A program made the position numbers and the translations under genes. The notes beneath the pieces are model-generated. The model ran no database searches. It saw nothing but the letters and a program-made list of their open reading frames with translations, and was not told the origin of the DNA. Positions 46,169 to 57,990 of a DNA stretch of 64,000 nucleotides are shown piece by piece. The number at the start of each line of letters is the position of its first letter. Position 1 is the stretch's first letter. Origin of the DNA: Nitrososphaerales archaeon (GTDB lineage: Archaea > Thermoproteota > Nitrososphaeria > Nitrososphaerales > UBA213); contig CBDAOC010000020.1 of NCBI GenBank assembly GCA_965197925.1, forward strand, positions 736,001-800,000. The letters run 5' to 3'.

Positions 46169-46957
46169 ATGACAAAGGAAGGGGCACAAGGAAGATTCTC
46201 AGAATCATTTGTGAGCGGGGTAAAGTCTGAAATGGCTAAAAAGTATGATATTGCAGGTGAATTTTATTTAAAAGAAGCATCGATTCAACAAAAAAAGAAG
46301 GATCTTCATGGCTCTGCACTATGCTTTCTGCTGGCCGGTCGCTGTAAATTACGAGCCAAAAAGAGCGCCCAAGAGGAGTTTGAAAAGGGAGCTGTGTCAT
46401 ATCTTGAACTTGCAGACCAATCAAAGGACTCTTCCCCATTAGGGTCTAGATTGGTATACAGGTGTGCTGCCAAATGCTTCTTCAGGGCAGAACTTTATGA
46501 CAAAGCCGATGAAGCACATCGGTCTGCGAATTCAATAAAGCAGGTTTTGGGTACTGTTACAGAAATAAAGCAACCTGTATTGATAGTAGATAATAGCAAG
46601 GTTATCACATTAAAATTAAAGAAATATGTGGAACAGTTTGGCTTTAATGAAGTTGTGATCTGTAACAGTGGAAGGGAAGGCCTAGAGAAGTTTGGAGAAT
46701 TGATTGGGAATCATAAATTTCCCATAGTTCTTCTGGACATGAGTATGCTAGATCTCAACGGTAATGAGGTGGCTGCACAAATGTTGAAGATCCTGCCGGA
46801 GACGATAATTGCACTAATCACGGCTGACAACATCAATGCGGAGAGGGTGAAGGAAGCGCTTGCCAATGGAGTTGGTTACTTTTTGCAAAAACCCTTCAGG
46901 TATGATCAGATGAAGGAACTGTTGGAAACAATTCAATATGAGGCCGATGTTATCTAA
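46169..46957 (+). CDS. Response regulator with helical-repeat N-terminus and C-terminal receiver domain
   Basis: VLIVDNS...IVLLDMSM..LNG...ITA...FLQKPF. The ORF-track start lies inside the IS end, so ATG 46169 is preferred. Confidence 0.85.
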   Translation: MTKEGAQGRFSESFVSGVKSEMAKKYDIAGEFYLKEASIQQKKKDLHGSALCFLLAGRCKLRAKKSAQEEFEKGAVSYLELADQSKDSSPLGSRLVYRCAAKCFFRAELYDKADEAHRSANSIKQVLGTVTEIKQPVLIVDNSKVITLKLKKYVEQFGFNEVVICNSGREGLEKFGELIGNHKFPIVLLDMSMLDLNGNEVAAQMLKILPETIIALITADNINAERVKEALANGVGYFLQKPFRYDQMKELLETIQYEADVI

Positions 46958-46964
46958 CAATAAA

Positions 46965-47471
46965 CTACAAAAAGAGAACCGGTAAGTATAATGAATTTAT
47001 ATGTTCCAGCTTAAAATCGCTAATTCTGAAATCTGCTATATCATCTGCAAATTTCTCTACCAAACGTGATTCCGATTTAAGGCTAGTACTTCTTGAGTCA
47101 TGACCCATCAATACCGCCACTTGCCATTCACCACCAAGACCTGCAACCAAAACACACGTTGACAAACTTTTGGCATATTCCTTCACACGCTCCAATGTAG
47201 AACTAAAGTCCTTTGTTGCTTTGAATCTTATCAGAATCAAATCCAATCGATCCATCTCCTTCTCCTCCGCAAGAACAGCTGTGTAGCCTTTTATCACACC
47301 TTTTTTTTCCAATCTTTCAATTCTCTTCCTAACTGCCCGATCGGTAATATCAAATCCCATGGTCTTGAGCTTATTGGCGATGTCTCTGGAAGGAATACGC
47401 GCATTCTTATTCAGCATTTCCAGTACAATGGTATCAATCCTATCTAGTCCGGAAAACTCCATCCCCGCCAT
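46965..47471 (-). CDS. Lrp/AsnC family transcriptional regulator
   Basis: LDRIDTIVLEMLNKNARIP...AVRKRIERLEKKGVIKGY. Confidence 0.9.
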   Translation of the reverse strand: MAGMEFSGLDRIDTIVLEMLNKNARIPSRDIANKLKTMGFDITDRAVRKRIERLEKKGVIKGYTAVLAEEKEMDRLDLILIRFKATKDFSSTLERVKEYAKSLSTCVLVAGLGGEWQVAVLMGHDSRSTSLKSESRLVEKFADDIADFRISDFKLEHINSLYLPVLFL

Positions 47472-47569
47472 TGCTATGGTTGCTGGATAGATGTTTTTTA
47501 CCTTTCCTATTGGATCGTCATTCGCATCTTGATTATAGGAAGGTCACGTCATTCATATGAGAGCAATCC

Positions 47570-47938
47570 TCACGACGCAAGATAACCTTCCAGCTCTGCT
47601 ACGAGTATATCCTTCTTTACAGGCTTTTTTATCACACCGACGACACCCTTTGCCATAAAACTCTCCAACTCAGATTGAGTGGGAGATGATGCAGTAAACA
47701 GGGCCACCTTCATATCTTTGTATATCTCATCATTCCTTATCATGTCCAAAAGATCAAGTCCGCTAATATCGGGTATTCCTATATCCAAAAGCAGGAGATC
47801 AAATTTTTCATTTCGTACCATATCCAAACAATCGGAAGCCTTGTTTGCAGTCATACAACTGTATCCGGATTTCTCAAGCATTAACTTCATCAAGTCAGTT
47901 ATAACCCTGGAATCATCAACGATCATTATCTTCTTCAT
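47570..47938 (-). CDS. Single-domain response regulator (CheY-like)
   Basis: KIMIVDD, DLLLLDIGIPDISG, FTA, IKKP. Confidence 0.92.
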   Translation of the reverse strand: MKKIMIVDDSRVITDLMKLMLEKSGYSCMTANKASDCLDMVRNEKFDLLLLDIGIPDISGLDLLDMIRNDEIYKDMKVALFTASSPTQSELESFMAKGVVGVIKKPVKKDILVAELEGYLAS

Positions 47939-47943
47939 ATCTA

Positions 47944-49841
47944 TTACTCCATTGGCAAGGTAAAGTAGACGGCGGTACCGATCCCAATATCACTTTCAAC
48001 ATAAATCCTTCCATTATGACCATCCACAATTCCCTTACAAATAGCCAATCCTAGTCCGGAGCCTTCCTTTTTGCGTGTACTTGTATCTGCCTGATAGAAT
48101 TTTTTGAACAACCCTTCCTGCATACCTTTGGGAATTCCGACTCCATTATCCTTTACGCTAAATAATGCTTCATCCCCTACATCCTTAATTCCTACCTCAA
48201 TGATACCTTTCTGTTCTGGAACAAACCGGATGGCATTTTTGATCAAATTTGTTAAGACTTGACCTATTCTGTCGGGGTCACATTTTACCTTCATGGCTTT
48301 CTCAATCTGCGCATTCAGCTTCACTCCAATCCTATCAGCACTCGGCGTCATAATCTCTATAGCCTTGCTGATTAACTGATCAGCGTCGACGGTGACCACA
48401 TTAAACTTCAGTTGGCCCAGTTCAAGCCTCCTAGCATCGAGAAGATCCTGAATCAACTGTGAAAGTGAGAGGGAGCTCTGATACATAATTCTAATTTTTC
48501 CCAGTTGTTCCTCAGTTAAATCTCCCAACATACCATCCAGCAGGAGCTCACTGTAACCCTGAATAGGAACCAGGGGGTCTTTAGCTCATGCGTTATCATT
48601 GCCAGGAACTCATCTTTTGCTTTGTCAATCTCCTTGGACTGTTCAATCTTTTCCTTCATTGCACGAGATAAGAGATTGAAACTCTTTACCAAACTACCAA
48701 CCTCATCCTTGCTATTGTGTTGAATTTGAATTCCAATCTCACCTTTCTGTATACGCCTAGAGACATCCATCATTTTCGTGATGGGGGACAGGGATCTTCT
48801 AATGACAAGACCAACAGAAACGAATACGGATCCACTGGATATTGCCAGGGTGTAAAAGATCTGGTTGGAGAAATCATTTTTGGATATATTATCTTCTCGC
48901 ATCAAAGATATCAGATTTAAATGCAGTCCGATCAGTGGGTCCATGTTTGATTCCAGGAAATCCAAGGAATTCTGAAACTGTTCTGTGCGAACTCCCCCAT
49001 TTGAAACAACAAGCAAGTTCTCCTTTAATGGTACCCAACTTTCCTTTACTTCCTCCCAATCTCCTTGCAATTCCGTGGGAATAGGTCTCACATAGTTACC
49101 GGTGATATCAGACGTGCCTCCCTCCAACATAATCTCCAAATAAGAATCGAACTGGGTCACGAGACGTGACAATTCTAATGCCAATTCTTCCTGTTCAACA
49201 GCTCCAAAACGTTCGGTTGATTGTCCGGTAACCTCAAGGGTGTATGTAAGTAGACGGTGACCAAGCGCTTCCATTACCTTTGAGACTGCAACTTGTTCAA
49301 ATCCAAATTGTGTGAAACTGGGAAATGTTGTTGGCCTTACGTTGGCGAAGTCTCCAGCCAACCCTTCCAGTCTATGACTGGCCATCTCCACCTTACTAAT
49401 AAGATCATCACTGTTTTGAACCACATAATCTCTAGAATTAAGAAGTTCAAGATTGAAGACCTGTTTTTCGGCTACGACCAAAGAATTTTGCTTATAGTTA
49501 CTCCATCTATTCAAAACATTTTGATGTAGATCTGGAGACAAATGGGCTATTGAGTTGACCCTTGAACCATTCACAACTCCCCCTTTATCCAATAGATCGG
49601 AGGAAGTTTGGTACAAATCTACCAATTCTAAAATATCTTTTCTATTCTTAGATTCACCATCTGCCACCTGTAGTGAATGTTCTCTAATCTTCTGTACGAA
49701 AAATATTTGTTTATTGGCCAAATCGACAGTTATGGCGTCAGCCTGGCCCAGGTCATTGAAATAAGCAAGAACAGAAATATTAAGAATTACAATTCCCACT
49801 ATTGCACTGGTAATTAGCAGTATTTTTGATAATAATTTCAT
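47944..49841 (-). pseudogene. Membrane sensor histidine kinase (extracellular helical sensor, HAMP, HisKA, HATPase); -1 frameshift in a C-run near 48575
   Basis: Joined reading THELKTP/LVPIQGYSELLLDG; QVLTNLIKNA, DNGVGI, GSGLGLAI. Confidence 0.85.
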
Positions 49842-49998
49842 CTAGTCCTTACCCTTATCCCAAAAATTTTGGATGGATCATCAACATAAGGATTAGTATG
49901 TCTCTAAGAATTATAACTAGTCTTGATCTTGTTAACTCCTCATTCCGATAAATAGAAAATAAACCAAGTTTAAATCACTCATTTTGTTATCTCAAACA

Positions 49999-50395
49999 AT
50001 GAGAGAAAATGAGGATATCCAAAGGGAATTCAGAAAGGAGGTCACGGGGATATTGAGAACATTGCAGACCTCATGTGATATCTTAAGAGAAGGAATGGAT
50101 AACCAAGCAATAGCAGAAATTGTAAAATACTTTCATAAATTCAAAGGGGTTGCGGGAATGATGGATTATTCGCACATGTCGGAGCTGGCTGGAGAAATGG
50201 AATCAATCTCGAAACTTCTCATGGAATATAAGATCCGATTCCATGGAATATAAGATCCGATTCCAGCCAGAAATCGCATCTTTGCTAGCTGAGAGCACAA
50301 ATCTACTCCAAAAATATGTAGAAACGGATTTTGAGGAGAGGAATGAACCCATGCTTGAGGATTTAAGAAAGTTAGCAAACAATCCCATAAAATGA
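49999..50395 (+). pseudogene. Hpt-domain protein disrupted by a 22-bp tandem duplication
   Basis: FHKFKGVAGMM Hpt motif; ATGGAATATAAGATCCGATTCC present twice at 50221-50264. Confidence 0.8.
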
Positions 50396-50517
50396 TTAGG
50401 GTTTAACCAAATGTATAGGATCCAATAGCTTGTGAATTGACTTTTGTATCGCAGGAGGGGGATTTACTACAGAATGACAATAATGGAACGAATCGATTTT
50501 TTGTCCTATTACTTCAA

Positions 50518-50559
<42 letters not shown>

Positions 50560-51160
50560 GAATCGAAGCCATCGGATGGATTTGGTAATCATTGGATTGT
50601 GTTATATTAATTGGACTTGCGTTTGAACATGATCAAAAGGTAAAAACTAAACCTAGCTGTCCTAGTAAGAGGGATAACCACCATACGCAATCCAAAAATC
50701 CCATCAAGTCCTAATAAGCCCAGGCAAAGGCAAGTAAAAATTACCTATTAACTTCTCTGCTTGCCCTTTCGAATAGAGAATCTGTATCTTGTTCATGCTT
50801 TCTTTCGTTTTCTGAAAACTTTTCAAATCCCTTTCTGAATGTATCAACGATTTCTCTAAATTTTGATTGAATTGATTCTGTGCTCTAAACGTCGGTAGTA
50901 TATCTTTGATTTTTATCTTTAATTAATACAGTACAGAAGTAATTAGGATTTGATAGAATCTTTGTAGAAATAGAATCAACAACCTAAGGATATTTCTACA
51001 TCTTATTTATCGAATAAAATGAGTCAATTCGGCAAAAGCCGTTAAAGTATTAAATTGTATCTGCAGTAGGTCCAAAAAAAGGGATAAAAAGCAGGTTTTG
51101 CAAGAAATAAGGGCTTTAACCCCGTAATTTTCTTATGGAGCATGTTATTTATGGATGCAA

Positions 51161-51572
51161 ACACGTTATTTGCGTATCATTTTACGTTATTTTATGGGTT
51201 GTCACGTTATTAACGTGGAATTTTACGTTATTTTATGGGTTGTCACGTTATTAACGTGGAATTTTACGTTATCTATGTGTCCAATCACATTATTTAGAGC
51301 CAATTTACGTTATTTTATTTATAAAAACAGCATTTTTGGGGTTTAGACACGTTATTTACGTTATTTACGTTATTAACGTAATTTTACGTTATTTACGTTA
51401 TTTACGTTATTAACGTAATTTTACGTTAATTCTCTCGATTTTACACCTCGTATTTAGGTACGAATCTGACAAGCAAAAAATAACGGAAATAACGTAAAAT
51501 TACGTTAATAACGTAAATAACGTAAATAACGTAATTGAAAGGCAAATAACGTAAAAACATCAAAAATAACGG
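51161..51572. repeat. Convergent array of ACGTTA/TAACGT motifs with 41-bp and 37-bp tandem units and a perfect 45-bp inverted repeat
   Basis: About 24 exact hexamers counted by eye; 51384-51428 is the reverse complement of 51490-51534. Confidence 0.95.
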
Positions 51573-52236
51573 ATTATAATGAGTCGAGGAAGGCTTTTAC
51601 GAATGGATCTTGGGTTTGGCGCTTCATTTTATTGACCTTTGCAATACAATTAATGGTCGGGATGACATGAACTCACATTAATTCAACCTATATCACTAAA
51701 CTATAACCGTTCAACAAAAAGTTGATAGCCATAGACAATTTCACAATTTGAAACAATGAGGTTATTGTACTCCCAACCAGTAAAATAATGATTGTCCCAT
51801 TTGGTAATTTTCTTCAAGAATGATCCGTTACTCTCTTTTTCACCCTACTGCTCTATCTAAAATTTGCTGTACGAATCACATCCCAACACCTTCATATCTT
51901 TAGTGATGTGGTGAACAAATCCCAATAAGGGCAAAAGCAGTGTTTGGCGGTCAGCTGTTAATATCAGTGGTTCTATCAAAATACTTTTCGTCAGTGGATC
52001 CGAATTAGAGTACGCCACTTCTATATGCCCTCCTTATCTGAACACAACAAATATTATTTTATTACTGATCCAGTCACCACAGAGGTTATAGTGCAACTAA
52101 GATGGTCTCCTGTATATTTATTATGAACCCACACTTCCTTTGGTAAATTATATTGCTTTCCAAAGCCTGGATTAGTAAATATTGGGCCAGATTGATAGAT
52201 AACATTTATCTTTAGTTTCTTGTTAGTATTAGTTCG

Positions 52237-52584
52237 TTGATAACCGACCTTCAGCTCCTTATAGGAGGGATGGAGTGGATCATCATACTATTTTTTGGTC
52301 TATTTGTGATACTGGGCGGTAAAAGACTCCCCAAATTCACAAAGTCGATCGGCAAGGCGGTGGGTGAGTTCCAGAAGGCCAGAAATGAAATGGAGAAGGA
52401 AATAGCCAGAGTAAATAATCCCATGAAGATATCCGTTAACAATCCGGTGTCAAATGAGAGGGAGAAGCTTGAAGCAATTGCAAAGGCCTTACAGATCAAT
52501 ACGGTGGGTAAAACTGATAATGAATTGAGACAGCTGATCAGTAATAATGTAAATCCCAAGACTGATGAAAACGTTTCACTTTAG
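52237..52584 (+). CDS. tatA: Twin-arginine translocase TatA/E subunit
   Basis: GGMEWIII...LGGKRLPKFTKSIGKAVGEFQKA. Confidence 0.9.
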   Translation: MITDLQLLIGGMEWIIILFFGLFVILGGKRLPKFTKSIGKAVGEFQKARNEMEKEIARVNNPMKISVNNPVSNEREKLEAIAKALQINTVGKTDNELRQLISNNVNPKTDENVSL

Positions 52585-53210
52585 GTATAAGAAGAACAGA
52601 TTAATTTTGTAAAGTTAGTTTTGAGAGCCTGTTGTTCATCATTGTAAATAATTGGATCATTGTTGGGAGATCAAGAGTGAATGCCCATGAGTAGCAATTG
52701 GATGAACTATGTTATTGACGTTGAATAGAGTACAACAATTAGGTCTATTTCATTGTAATCATATTCAGAGAATATAACAAAATACAGGTTGATGATTTGG
52801 TTTTATCTAACTGTCAAGATATCGAAGATAATAATGAACCTAGAAAGTATTTCTTTCCATTTAGAGGAAAATTCCAGTTAGAGATTAAGAATACACATGA
52901 TAAATTACGTGATGTAATCAAATAGAAAATTCTGTCTATATCTAATACACCCACACCAAGATTTACATTGGTTCAACAACATATTTTGTTGATATTAGTG
53001 GAAAATGGCTTTCATTTGTCAAAGGGTAAAGAAGCAATTATGATTCGAAATTGGTGGTTTTCTAAAGAAAAGGAAGATTAAGTTAGAATATTTAGAACTA
53101 CAAAAATAGAAATTCTTCCACCTCGGTACGGAAATAAGACACTTATTTCCACACTACCGGTAGAAGGAAGGGAGATAATCGTCACGGCAAATATAGTCGA
53201 TGACGTAGGT

Positions 53211-54291
53211 GTGGAAAAAGTGGATCTCCTCTATATTATTCCCGAACACTATCGTGAGTTCCACGAAGTGGAGATGCAGAGGTATAACTCTGAATACTCC
53301 ATAGATTCTAACTACTTCATAGGTTCGATACCTGCGTCAGATGTTAGAACCGTTTGGCTCCAATACTGGATCTTGGCCCAAGACTTTGCCGGCAACAACA
53401 AACAATCCCCCTTGGAATATGTGAATGTTGAAAAAAGATCATCTGTAACTGAGGTGGTGACAAAGGAAAGGACCCTGCCCGATCATGTACTGGAGGCTAT
53501 CAATTCGATGCAGGACCCGACACCTGTTGGAATGCTTGAAGTCATATCCATGAGTGGTGGTAACGTAATCAAATCATATCAGGACAAAATAATGTTGAAG
53601 AATAGTGGCAACCTAACCTTGCAGAGTATTTGGCTGATGCTCTCACCAGGGCTGCACAAGAGCTTCAAGTTGAGCGATACCACGGTCGAGTCCATAGAAC
53701 CAGATGGCAACTTTACCTTATCCTTCGAACTGAATGGAAACCCTGCACGTGATATGATAGGCGGTTTGCTTGGATACCAAGGTGCTTTGATAGTAATGGC
53801 TGAGCATCACAACCCAATAGTCCTGCCAATAAATATTGGTAACCAGGAATCCAACTACTTGAAGAACTATATGGAGTCAGTGTCAGGTCTGGCAAAGCAG
53901 CGCTACAACAAGATATCATTGCTGAATGACCTGGTATCCCATGACACTGGAGAACAAGGATTTCGAAATAACGACTTTATCTGGAACGAGAGAGATAACA
54001 AGGTATGGTAGTGATGCACAATATGGTGCAACATTCACCTTCTTCGAATACCTAGAGAACAAGTATGGTAATGATATCATAGGAGAAATGGTCAACCAGC
54101 TAGGGAGTGGAATGATAACGAATCACAGATGTGATACCTTAGAAAACTGCGCTGTATTACAAGGTGCTTATGATGAGATTGGTTTGGATATCCAAGATGA
54201 GCGGTATCCACTTTCTGTAGAGAAATTGATCGAAGGATGGGAGGAATATGTAATGGACCTAGTCACTTTAAGCTCTAGTAGTGAGATTTAA
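53211..54291 (+). pseudogene. Fragmented large hypothetical (secreted-type) protein
   Basis: Two overlapping same-strand ORFs with a frameshift near 53940; Ig-like N-terminal part; YGATFTFFEYLENKYG segment. Confidence 0.5.
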
Positions 54292-54629
54292 GAAAGAAAT
54301 CATAGTGTAAATGCAATAGTATACTGGAACAATCCTACTATTCATAGTAATCATGTTAAGAGGTCCATATGAGAATACCCAACACTTCAAATCTTTCATC
54401 CTAAAGAACACTACGTCTAAATCCTGTGTAGAAAGTGCTCACCATACCAAAAGTCAATTGTGTACTGGAATGGTTCTTACCAATAAGTTAAGCTCTTTCA
54501 GAAAATGAATAGATTTTTCAGAAAATGTATAGGTGCCCTCGGTACTCAAGCCAATAACGGCACATCCCTTTTCTGTACTAAAATATTACATACATATCCT
54601 TATTCCAAACTAATTCCTAAAATGAGGAA

Positions 54630-55295
54630 ATGAATAGATTTGCACAACTGACTGTGATAATGGCTTTAGTAGGAGGATTGGCATTGGCCAATGCATCCAT
54701 GTTCAAGGATAGCTTTGCATACAGTGCATCAACAGATAAAGCTGTGTATGGACACTTTACACTTATCGTGAATGATGAGTTCGGAAATATACAGGACTAT
54801 ATGGAGTTTGATAACGTAATAACAGATGAAGGAGATGATTGTATAGCGGTACTTGCATTTGGTTCAACCCTTGGTGCTGGTGATTGTACAGAAGGAATTA
54901 TAGATGCAATTTCGGTAGCGGATTGTAGTGCGGATAATGTCTGCGCTGCGGTGGCAGATGTAACAACGGCATTTGATGATTCTGACAGTGTAAATATAGG
55001 GGATGAATGTGATACGGCTGGAGAGGTCACAAATGTTTACACACAAAGTTCAGGAGCCAACGGCATTAGACCAACGGCATTAGACCAACGGCATTAGACC
55101 AACGGCATTAGACCAACGGCAACATTCGACACCACTGAGACAGCAGACCCATTTACTGCAAGACAGGCAGGTATACTAAATGACTGTACAGACAGCGCAG
55201 CACCTGAGCTCTTTGCAATCCAGAACTTCTCAGATGTAACGATATCTGGTAGCGATACCTTGACAATCAACTACGATGTATCATTCTCAGGCTAA
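54630..55295 (+). pseudogene. Secreted acidic beta-rich protein truncated by an internal 14-bp VNTR
   Basis: Signal peptide; GHFTLIVNDEFGNI..DNVITDEG. After the VNTR the same frame resumes ATFD...AGILND...LFAIQNFSDVTISGSDTLTINYDVSFSG. Confidence 0.8.
55057..55121. repeat. VNTR (CCAACGGCATTAGA) x4 plus a 9-bp partial unit
   Basis: Perfect tandem units. Confidence 0.95.
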
Positions 55296-55375
55296 AGCTG
55301 GAACATAAGAATATTCAGGCCGAGTGTAAGACCAAGTCTGAATTTCTGATTTTTTATTCATTAGAATTTGTACAT

Positions 55376-56305
55376 TTAACCAGGTTTCTGTGCAATTACT
55401 TTGATGAAAAAATAATCATAACTGGTAGAAATAGACTTTACATCAAATCCAGCCCTTTTAATCAAATCCTTCATCGTCTTTGTTGAAAAGTGAAAAACAT
55501 GGTTCCAGAATAACATATTCCAGTCTCCCTTTAGTTGATCATATGTACGACAATCAATATGAAAAGTTTCTATCCGTATGATCCCACCTACACGCAAAAA
55601 CTTATGGGCTGTCATCAAGTCTTGGAGTGGATGATATGCATGCTCAATATAATCATTCATCTCCACAGCATTCAAATTATCTTCCTGAATAGGGCAATTG
55701 TCAAAAACATCGTTGAAAACATTTAGCCCATACCTCTGTTTCATAACCTTGCATGCATAGCCGTTTAGTTCATTTCCCGTAGCTTCTATTCCCCTTGCTT
55801 GTGCAGCACGAAGCAAAAATCCAACTCCACACCCAACGTCATGTATGCTCTCCATATTACCATCCAAGTAATTTTATATCTCATTTATGACACCGTCTTC
55901 TCTTTTCATCCTTTTCTCATACCAATCGGGGGGAACGAATTTAATATTGGAGGATAATGCCCTTCCATATTTCACCCTGTTCTCAGTAAACTCAATTTAC
56001 CTAGGCGTCTCACTCTTAAGATATTCCACCCAAGTTTCTTCCTTTATCCTCGGGCTGGTGTATTGTAGTCAACAATCACTACATTCTACAATATGACTAT
56101 AGTCCTTGGTAATCAATACTTCCTCTACGGAGTTGCTACCACACATTTCACAAGGCGGATACTCATCAAAAGGAGTGATTTTATCCTTCTCTTGATCCTT
56201 GATAGTATAATCCGGGGATATCAACCCAAATTTCTTTACAGTGTTCCAAAAGTAAAGACGGGGATATTGTGTGATGTAATCAGAAATCCTTTTATTTTTT
56301 TCCAT
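55376..56305 (-). pseudogene. Class I SAM methyltransferase with N-terminal Zn ribbon; three in-frame nonsense codons
   Basis: CEMCGS...ECSDC*LQYTSPR...PR*IEF...EI*NYL...HDVGCGVGFLL. Confidence 0.8.
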
Positions 56306-56849
56306 CCCACTTCCTTATAATCTTCGGTACATAAGTACGATTGATCTAATAAAATAATCGTGAATGTAGAATAACGATATATTGTCATGAGGTTCGTGAT
56401 GAATAGATTGACTTTGTCATAAAGACACTTATCTAGAAACAGCCAGTTACAATATTAATAAGAATGAAGGGTTATGACATTATTTATGTATACACAAGTT
56501 AGGTGCTTCAAGGACTTTATTCCTTTTAATCCCTTGATTGATCACCAAACTTTTTTTTGTTTTCCCTTGTTTAAATCTTAGTACCCCTCCGGACTTTCCA
56601 CTTTAGAATTTATTATTAATAGAATTATATGCTTGTAATGTAAGTTATCCTGTGGAAACAACGAAGAATTGATCTTAGACCAGTGCAATTGGTAAATAAC
56701 ATTCCCATATTCCTTTTGATCTTTTTCCTGCAATTACGTCACAAAATTGCATGAAATTTACCGTTGACCAATTTATTTACGCATACCCTATTTCTAATCA
56801 ATAATTGGAAAACAATAATTGGAAAATGAGAAAATAACTTCACAAAATA

Positions 56850-57990
56850 CTATCGCCTGTTGAAGGATTTAATAAAAATAATCGGTAATAGAAATCCAAT
56901 AAAGAACATTGCAATGAAGGAGGTGCTGTTACCAAAAAGATCTGCTGCAATACCTGCAATTGCCGGTCCCATCGTAAATCCTATTCCGAATATAGCTTCA
57001 TAAGTTCCAATAGTGGTTCCCACCAGATGCTCTGGTGTATGTCTGGTAACAACACTAAGCGTTATCGGGAAATATAGACTGAAAGCAAACCCAAGCATAA
57101 TGAGTGAAGAGGAAAATGATCCCAAATTGGTTATAGCGTAAGCAATGAGCATTGCAAATGCTATTACCTCAGTCGCTAGAAATATGCAGGTCTTTTCGTA
57201 TCTAGCAAATCTATGAGTAAATGGGGGGGTGAATAGTCTAGATAAGCCGAATATGAAGAAAAGTATACCAATCGAAAACTCATTGATGGTGTTATCCTTG
57301 AGATAGGCTGGGAATACTGAAAGGACTATACCGAATGCTGCGCTGTAATACATCACTAAAGTGCTTAACTTTGGATTCGATCTTATCACATTAAAAACTG
57401 CTTTTGGAGAATATTTTTCTACATATCCACCTCCTCTTCCATGCTTTCAGCAAAAGTGATACCGCTAACTACCCGATCATTATTGCAGCAGAGAATTCGA
57501 AGAGGAGTCTAAACCCAAGTTCTTCAAAAAGAAATGCACCCATCAAAGGTCCGATCATATATCCCCCGACCCATGCCATTGTAAATCTAGAAACTGAATG
57601 GATTCTTTTCTCCACTGGAGCTACAGTAGTGACTATTGCAACGGTCGATGGTCAGAAAAATGCATGTGCAATACCTGAAAGTGCTCTAATCATCATTACA
57701 TCAAGGACACTGTTGGTAAATGACAGCATAAACAAGGAGAACGTGGTCATACCAATTCCAACGGTTAGAATCGAAGCTTTGTTGAACCTGTCAAGAAGTA
57801 ATCCTACAAACATTGGTGCGAACATATAGGGCACAAAATTTGCCATTCCAATGAGTCCAATATCGAAATAACTTGCAGCAAGCTCCTGTATTGCAAATAC
57901 CTGAACCAGAGGAACATGAGCTCCATATGCCATCCCAATTATGCAAGCCTGAACATAGACAAGTAGGAGAATGCGTGCCATGATGAACAC
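56850..57990 (-). pseudogene. MFS transporter with two nonsense codons and a frameshift
   Basis: GLLLDRFNK, RALSGIAHAFF*PS (TGG>TGA), IMIG*LAVS, GTYEAIFGIGFTMGP. Confidence 0.8.

Noticed and set aside
51161..51572. CRISPR array, or the coding ORF 51155-51346
   Set aside because: There are no unique spacers between constant repeats and no cas genes. The ORF is just translated repeat sequence.
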